64,000 nucleotides of DNA, from NCBI GenBank assembly GCA_964549075.1, contig CAZJUB010000005.1, positions 12,319-76,318 on the forward strand, written 5' to 3'. Origin of the DNA: an uncultured archaeon. GTDB taxonomy: Archaea; Asgardarchaeota; Heimdallarchaeia; Heimdallarchaeales; Heimdallarchaeaceae. Every line of letters begins with the position of its first letter. Positions within the stretch are counted from its first letter, which is position 1. The position numbers were made by a program, and so were the translations under genes. This document shows, in pieces, positions 58,855-64,000 of this stretch. The notes below the pieces were generated by a model that was not told the DNA's origin, did not search any database, and saw only the letters and a program-made list of their open reading frames with translations.

Positions 58855-59547
58855 TTAAACACCTTTCAAATCATCTTTGATTTCATAAACAACTTGTAGG
58901 AATTCTTGCATCAATTCAGGATTTTTAATTCCAGTTACTTTTTCTACACCTGAAGAAACATCGATTGCATGAGGTTTTAATTCTGAAGCTATTTTTACAA
59001 CATTATTTACATCCAAACCTCCACCTATGACAAGTGGTTTTTGAACAGATTGTTGGATTTTTTTAACAATCTCAGTAATCTGTTTTTTCTTTGCTTCATT
59101 TTTCCAACTTTCACCTAGAGGTAAATTAAGATTGATTATTTCAACATATTGAGATAAGGTTTGAGCAGCTTTTATGGGATCTGGATTAATAATATTGGAC
59201 TCTAAAGTTTCTTTATTAAGAAAGATTGAACCTATTATTGGAATAGTTGCGATAGATTGAACTGCTATTAGATTATTTACATTGTCAAAAAATGTACCAT
59301 TTATTTGAATCATATTAGGTTGACATGTATCTTGTGCATCAAATATATCGTCTATTGTTTGTGGAAAGATTTCTGCAATAGTAATACAATGTTCAACATT
59401 AGCAAAGATTCTTCTTGCATCAAATTTGCTTACGGACCTTACATCGTTTATATTATCGAGGATAGCTCCAATTGCAAAATAGGATGAGACATCTACCGAT
59501 ATAGCTGCGTCAAAGTTAGTTACACCAGAGATTTTCGCAATCCACAC
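58855..59547 (-). CDS. Phosphoribosylanthranilate isomerase (TrpF)-like protein, divergent
   Basis: AKISGVT, IQING, IGGGL...NV, P.AIDVSSGVE...GIK. Confidence 0.75.
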   Translation of the reverse strand: MWIAKISGVTNFDAAISVDVSSYFAIGAILDNINDVRSVSKFDARRIFANVEHCITIAEIFPQTIDDIFDAQDTCQPNMIQINGTFFDNVNNLIAVQSIATIPIIGSIFLNKETLESNIINPDPIKAAQTLSQYVEIINLNLPLGESWKNEAKKKQITEIVKKIQQSVQKPLVIGGGLDVNNVVKIASELKPHAIDVSSGVEKVTGIKNPELMQEFLQVVYEIKDDLKGV

Positions 59548-59717
59548 TCTAATAACCTCAAGTGTTTAATTATGATGGTGTTTTTAATGTTTTCCTAATA
59601 AAATCAAATAATATAATAACTAGATGATATCTGGAATCTATCTGTGACTGGTCGAGTATAATTTCCGGATATTACAATATTACTTAATAGATAAATTGGT
59701 ACACTTTACTGAGTTAT

Positions 59718-60050
59718 ATGCGTACTAAAGATACTTATCTCACCTTCAAACTTGAGAAAGCTATTGCTAGAATTCAAAATAACAGCGGTTACAACAATTC
59801 TCCTATATTCTTAGAAATTTGTAACTGTCCAAGTAAAGGGGGTTCTCTCTTCTATGATACAAAGAAGGGAGTCTATTTCGGTAAAGGTTCATGTAATAAT
59901 GGATTGCTCTGCTCTAAAATTCAGATGGATAAGCATCAAATACTCATAAGGAGGAGTATTACTCAAAACATTGAGCAATTTGAAGAAGAAAGAATATTGC
60001 AAAGAGAACAAATATTGAATTACTCTCCCGAGATTATAACAGGAAGTTAG
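59718..60050 (+). CDS. Hypothetical protein with four Cys
   Basis: 110-aa ATG ORF filling the gap; CNC...CNNGLLC. Confidence 0.55.
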   Translation: MRTKDTYLTFKLEKAIARIQNNSGYNNSPIFLEICNCPSKGGSLFYDTKKGVYFGKGSCNNGLLCSKIQMDKHQILIRRSITQNIEQFEEERILQREQILNYSPEIITGS

Positions 60051-60138
60051 AGTTTCTAATATTTTCCTTCATATTCTAACGATAGGTTTTATAAAATACA
60101 GACATGTATTTAAAGTGGAAACTAAAGTTGAATTTAAT

Positions 60139-61860
60139 ATGGCTGATTCTGAGGACATAATCTACAAAGAAACCATGGTTAATGCATATAAATATGGATC
60201 AGCTGACGCTAAAATTGTTATGAAGAAAATTCTGTCAGGATACCCAGAATTAAGGAGTAAAGCAAAGGAAATTCAGAAGGTTTTAGGTAACATAGTAAAT
60301 GAAGTTAATAATCTTTCTAGAAAAGATCTCGAGAAAATTGTAGCGGAGAGATACCCCGAGAGTATTATAGAAAAGGAAACGAAAGAGAGAGATTATTTAC
60401 CAGAAATTGTAAACGCAAAAAAAGGAGAAGTAAAAGTCCGATATCCCCCAGAACCTTCCAAACATCCTCACATTGGTCAGATGTTATCGTTTTGCATTAA
60501 TCATTTAATTGCAGAAAGATTTGAAGGCAAAACTGTACTTCGTTTTGATGATACGAATCCTGAAAAGGTTCGGTTAGAGTTTTATGATAGTTTCAGAGAA
60601 GTTTTAACTTGGTTGAACCTAAGAGTAGACGAAGAAGTTTTAGCTTCTGATAAAATGGAAGTATTCTATGAAAAAGCGAGAGAATTAATCCGAAATAATG
60701 ATGCCTTTGTATGTCGCTGTGAAAGAAAACTTTTCACACAATTACGTGACGAACAGAAAGAATGCTTGTGTAATTTGAATAATTCAACTGAGCTAAATCT
60801 AGATTTATTTGAAGAAATCCTTGAAGGTAAATTTTCGCCGGGAGAAGCTGTTGTGAGATTAAGAGGAGATATGAAATCACCTAATTCAGTTATGAGAGAT
60901 CCTGTTCTTCTTCGTTTATCAAGCTATACTCATTGTATTCAAGGTGACAGATATATTCTTTGGCCAATGTATGACTTCGAATCACCTATAATGGAGGATT
61001 TAACTCAAGTCACTCACATATTGCGAAGCATGGAATTTGGTAAAATGAGACAAGAATTACAAACAACGATTGCAAAAAGGTTGAATCTTAATGTTCCAGA
61101 ATTCATGGAGTATCGTAGATACAATATTATTGGTGCGCCTACACAAGGAAGAGTAATACGAGAGCTTGTAAAAGAGAATATTGTTACAGGATGGGATGAT
61201 TATCGTCTCGTCACTTATCAGGCTATGAAAAAGAGAGGAATTCAGCCAGAAGTTTTCCCGGAGATAATTAAAAGAGTAGGAGCTACAAAATCCTCCACTA
61301 ATATTGATTTTTCATTGATATTTTCAATAAACAGAAAAATCATTGAACCCAAGTCTAGACATTGTTTCTTTGTTGAAGATCCAATAAAAATCTCAATTAT
61401 TAATCCAATTAAGAGATCAGTTGATATTGATTATCACCCGCATAACCAAGAACTAGGAAAAAGGAGAATAAATGTCGATGATGTAATTTATCTAAGTGGG
61501 ACTGACAAAGAATTTCTCAATGTTAATTCAAATGTTAGGTTGAAGGATTTGTATAATATCAGAATAACAGAAAAAATAGCAGAAAAAGAGTTTAAAGCTG
61601 AAATAACAGGGATAGAGCTGCAATCTGACTACCCAAAAGTACAGTGGGTTTCTGAACCTGTTGAAGTTGAAATCGTCAAGCCAGAAATGTTATATTTAAA
61701 TAAGCGAATAAACAAAGATAGCTTGAAGTATATTCAAGGTCTTGGAGAAAAAAGCCTAAGAAAATTAGAAATTGATGAAATTATTCAACTTGAAAGGTTT
61801 GGATATACGAAAGTTAATAAAATTAACAATCAAATTAAAATGAATTACATACATGGATGA
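60139..61860 (+). CDS. gltX: Glutamate--tRNA ligase, archaeal type (start 60115 or 60139)
   Basis: RYPPEPS..PHIGQ, LRFDDTNP, CRC, RDP, WPMYDF, GWDD.RL, QLERFGY. Confidence 0.9.
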   Translation: MADSEDIIYKETMVNAYKYGSADAKIVMKKILSGYPELRSKAKEIQKVLGNIVNEVNNLSRKDLEKIVAERYPESIIEKETKERDYLPEIVNAKKGEVKVRYPPEPSKHPHIGQMLSFCINHLIAERFEGKTVLRFDDTNPEKVRLEFYDSFREVLTWLNLRVDEEVLASDKMEVFYEKARELIRNNDAFVCRCERKLFTQLRDEQKECLCNLNNSTELNLDLFEEILEGKFSPGEAVVRLRGDMKSPNSVMRDPVLLRLSSYTHCIQGDRYILWPMYDFESPIMEDLTQVTHILRSMEFGKMRQELQTTIAKRLNLNVPEFMEYRRYNIIGAPTQGRVIRELVKENIVTGWDDYRLVTYQAMKKRGIQPEVFPEIIKRVGATKSSTNIDFSLIFSINRKIIEPKSRHCFFVEDPIKISIINPIKRSVDIDYHPHNQELGKRRINVDDVIYLSGTDKEFLNVNSNVRLKDLYNIRITEKIAEKEFKAEITGIELQSDYPKVQWVSEPVEVEIVKPEMLYLNKRINKDSLKYIQGLGEKSLRKLEIDEIIQLERFGYTKVNKINNQIKMNYIHG

Positions 61861-61866
61861 AGACTT

Positions 61867-62781
61867 ATGGATTATGGACTGCTTATCTTCTTAGTTTTCC
61901 TTGCGGTTTCGTTAATAGTGATAGCTAGAGCCGTAGTTAAGAATAAGCAGAAGAAAGAAGCTCCTAAAAGGAGATACAAACCTTATCAACCAATCACAAA
62001 AACACAAGATTCTAGACCTAGTTCCACAGTATATGAAATGCCAATACAAGATTCAGAATATATTACAAGTTCTAATTCTGAATCTCGAGCTTCATATGCC
62101 AGTGCAGATGAATATTTTCGAGCTGGGATGTATGATAGAGCTAAAGAAGAATATCTAAAAACTGGAAGAGTTTTTGGTGCTGCAAAATCTGTTGCTGCAA
62201 AAGGTAGAGAATTTGTTCCTGATTCTATTCAGATTATTGCTAGATACGCTCCAGAAAGAGAAGAAGAAATGGTAAGAAATTTGTCAAGATATTTTTATGA
62301 CAGTGGGGAAACAGAGATTTCTGCCTATATACTTTATGCAAAAGGTTTAGAAGAAGAAGCTGATGCAGTTTTAGCAACAATAGGAAAAACAGTAGAAGAT
62401 ATTGCTCCTGCAGGAGTTGTCGAAGTAGCTGCTATTGATCAATCTTATGAACTTGAAGAAGAAAAAACTTTGGAAGATTTGGAAGAAATTGCTTCTGAAA
62501 CAGCTGAAATAGAAGATGAAGCTAAAGGGGAAGAGGAAGTAAAAGCTATTGAAATTAAAGAAAAAATTCCTAAGGTTCAGACTCTAAAATCTGCAACTGC
62601 TGAATTAGATGAGAGATGCAGCGTATGTATGTCCCCTATAAAAGCTGGAGAGAGTTTCGTTAGATGTCCATACTGTGATGTACCATCACACTATTCCCAT
62701 ATTGTAGAGTGGATAAAAGTAAAACCACAATGTCCAAATTGTCGTAAAAAACTTGTCGCGAGAATGTTCCAGATAGAGTAA
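61867..62781 (+). CDS. Membrane-anchored RING-finger protein (putative E3 ligase)
   Basis: N-terminal TM helix; C-terminal CSVC...CPYC...HYSH..EW....CPNCR. Confidence 0.8.
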   Translation: MDYGLLIFLVFLAVSLIVIARAVVKNKQKKEAPKRRYKPYQPITKTQDSRPSSTVYEMPIQDSEYITSSNSESRASYASADEYFRAGMYDRAKEEYLKTGRVFGAAKSVAAKGREFVPDSIQIIARYAPEREEEMVRNLSRYFYDSGETEISAYILYAKGLEEEADAVLATIGKTVEDIAPAGVVEVAAIDQSYELEEEKTLEDLEEIASETAEIEDEAKGEEEVKAIEIKEKIPKVQTLKSATAELDERCSVCMSPIKAGESFVRCPYCDVPSHYSHIVEWIKVKPQCPNCRKKLVARMFQIE

Positions 62782-62813
62782 AAAGTTAAAAGTGGTTTCG
62801 CTATTTTACAAAC

Positions 62814-63299
62814 ATGACAATGCTCCCCCCTTATAAAGACCATATAATCAAAGAATACCTAGATGCGCATCTACAAACACAGATAGCAGGTTTCGATTTA
62901 ACAGCAAAAGATATCTTAACGTTGAAAGATGGAGGAATCATTGATTTTGATAATACAGAGAGATTTATTCCTGAACACGAAACTCTAGAATCTACAGATT
63001 CGAAGTGGATTCTAGAACCAGGAGGTTATTTGGTTCGATATAATGAGATTGTAGAAGTTCCCCTCGATGCTATAGGAATCGTCCTTCCTAGGTCAACTCT
63101 AATGAGGATTGGTGCGACGCTTTGTTCTGCTGTCTGGGATCCAGGATATAAAGGCAGAGGGATTGGATTATTACTAGTTAATGCAAAGATCACTGTTTAT
63201 AAAGACGCTAGGATTGCTCAAATTGTTTTTATTAAAACACAAAAACAGTTAGAAGAAGGGTACTCAGGCACTTATCAAAACGAGAATATTACTAAATGA
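62814..63299 (+). CDS. dut: Trimeric dUTPase (dUTPase/dCTP deaminase family)
   Basis: GFDLT, PRSTLMR.G, AVWDPGYKG, RIAQ, Y.G.YQ. Confidence 0.85.
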   Translation: MTMLPPYKDHIIKEYLDAHLQTQIAGFDLTAKDILTLKDGGIIDFDNTERFIPEHETLESTDSKWILEPGGYLVRYNEIVEVPLDAIGIVLPRSTLMRIGATLCSAVWDPGYKGRGIGLLLVNAKITVYKDARIAQIVFIKTQKQLEEGYSGTYQNENITK

Positions 63300-63389
63300 A
63301 TTTGGTTTTATGGATAAAATTGTTAATTTAATAGCACTTTTTAAATATACAAATCTAAAATATTTAATCAGCAGTTGGAATGTGAAGTT

Positions 63390-64000
63390 ATGTCAAAGAA
63401 GGAAGAAAGTTCAAAGAAAACAGAAGAAAAACAACCTGAAATTAAGAAAACTACTACATCAAAGGCAAAAACACAAGTAAAGAAAACAAAGACTGTAACA
63501 CAAGATTCAGAGGATTGGATTGAAGAGATTTTACCTAAACAGAAAACTCAGCCAGCGAAGAAAACAAAATCTGAGGACTTAAGTGATGTTGCGGTTAATC
63601 AAATTCCAGGTATTGGTCCTGCTGTTGCAGAAAAATTAATCTCATCAGGATACTTAACATTAGAAGCAGTTGATCACGCCTCTCCCGTAGAACTTGTGGA
63701 ACACTGTGAAATTGGAGAACAAACTGCAAAGAGATTGATTTCTGCATCGAGAAGTCAAATAGGAATCGGTTTCACAAATGCAAAAGATCTTTTAAAGGTT
63801 AGAACAAAATTAGAAAAAATATCAACGGGGAGTAATTCATTAGATACTCTATTAGCAGGGGGGATTGAAACAAGTTCTTTAACAGAAATTTCTGGAGAAT
63901 TTCGAACTGGAAAAACTCAGATATGTTTTCAGCTATGTGTAACAACTGCTATGCCTAAAAGTTTGGGTGGATTAGAATCTGGAGTGATTTTGATAGATAC
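63390..64000 (+). CDS. radA: DNA repair and recombination protein RadA, 3'-partial (not in the ORF track)
   Basis: Manual translation from ATG 63390: IPGIGPAVAEKL (HhH), GFTNA, ISTGSNSLDTLLAGGIET, GEFRTGKTQ, GGL...VILIDT; runs off the window. Confidence 0.92.
   Translation, partial: MSKKEESSKKTEEKQPEIKKTTTSKAKTQVKKTKTVTQDSEDWIEEILPKQKTQPAKKTKSEDLSDVAVNQIPGIGPAVAEKLISSGYLTLEAVDHASPVELVEHCEIGEQTAKRLISASRSQIGIGFTNAKDLLKVRTKLEKISTGSNSLDTLLAGGIETSSLTEISGEFRTGKTQICFQLCVTTAMPKSLGGLESGVILID

Noticed and set aside
1-64000. CRISPR arrays, tRNA/rRNA genes, IS elements, provirus
   Set aside because: No regularly spaced repeats, GC-rich structural RNA, transposase, integrase or capsid genes were seen by eye; small RNAs could have been missed.

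Overview
AT-rich, gene-dense archaeal chromosome segment. The eukaryotic-signature proteins (ESCRT-II EAP30/Vps22-like, gelsolin-domain, Rab-like GTPase, membrane-anchored RING finger) point to an Asgard archaeon; this is inferred, and Heimdallarchaeia-like is a tentative guess. Contents: housekeeping and metabolic genes (udp, class II HMG-CoA reductase, rps17e, two tandem Ino1 homologues, iorAB, tldD/pmbA, heterodimeric ABC exporter, gltX, dUTPase, partial radA), an orphan and degenerate complex I/Mrp-like membrane module, several secreted C-terminally anchored proteins including a Gly/Tyr-repeat protein, and a type IV pilus locus next to the gelsolin and Rab genes. The most striking element is a class II ribonucleotide reductase gene (nrdJ) with five LAGLIDADG inteins, making up 2035 of 2755 aa. 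The fourth intein is followed by Lys instead of the Cys/Ser/Thr that canonical protein splicing requires. No rRNA, tRNA, CRISPR array or transposase was recognised. All calls come from reading motifs by eye; no searches were run.
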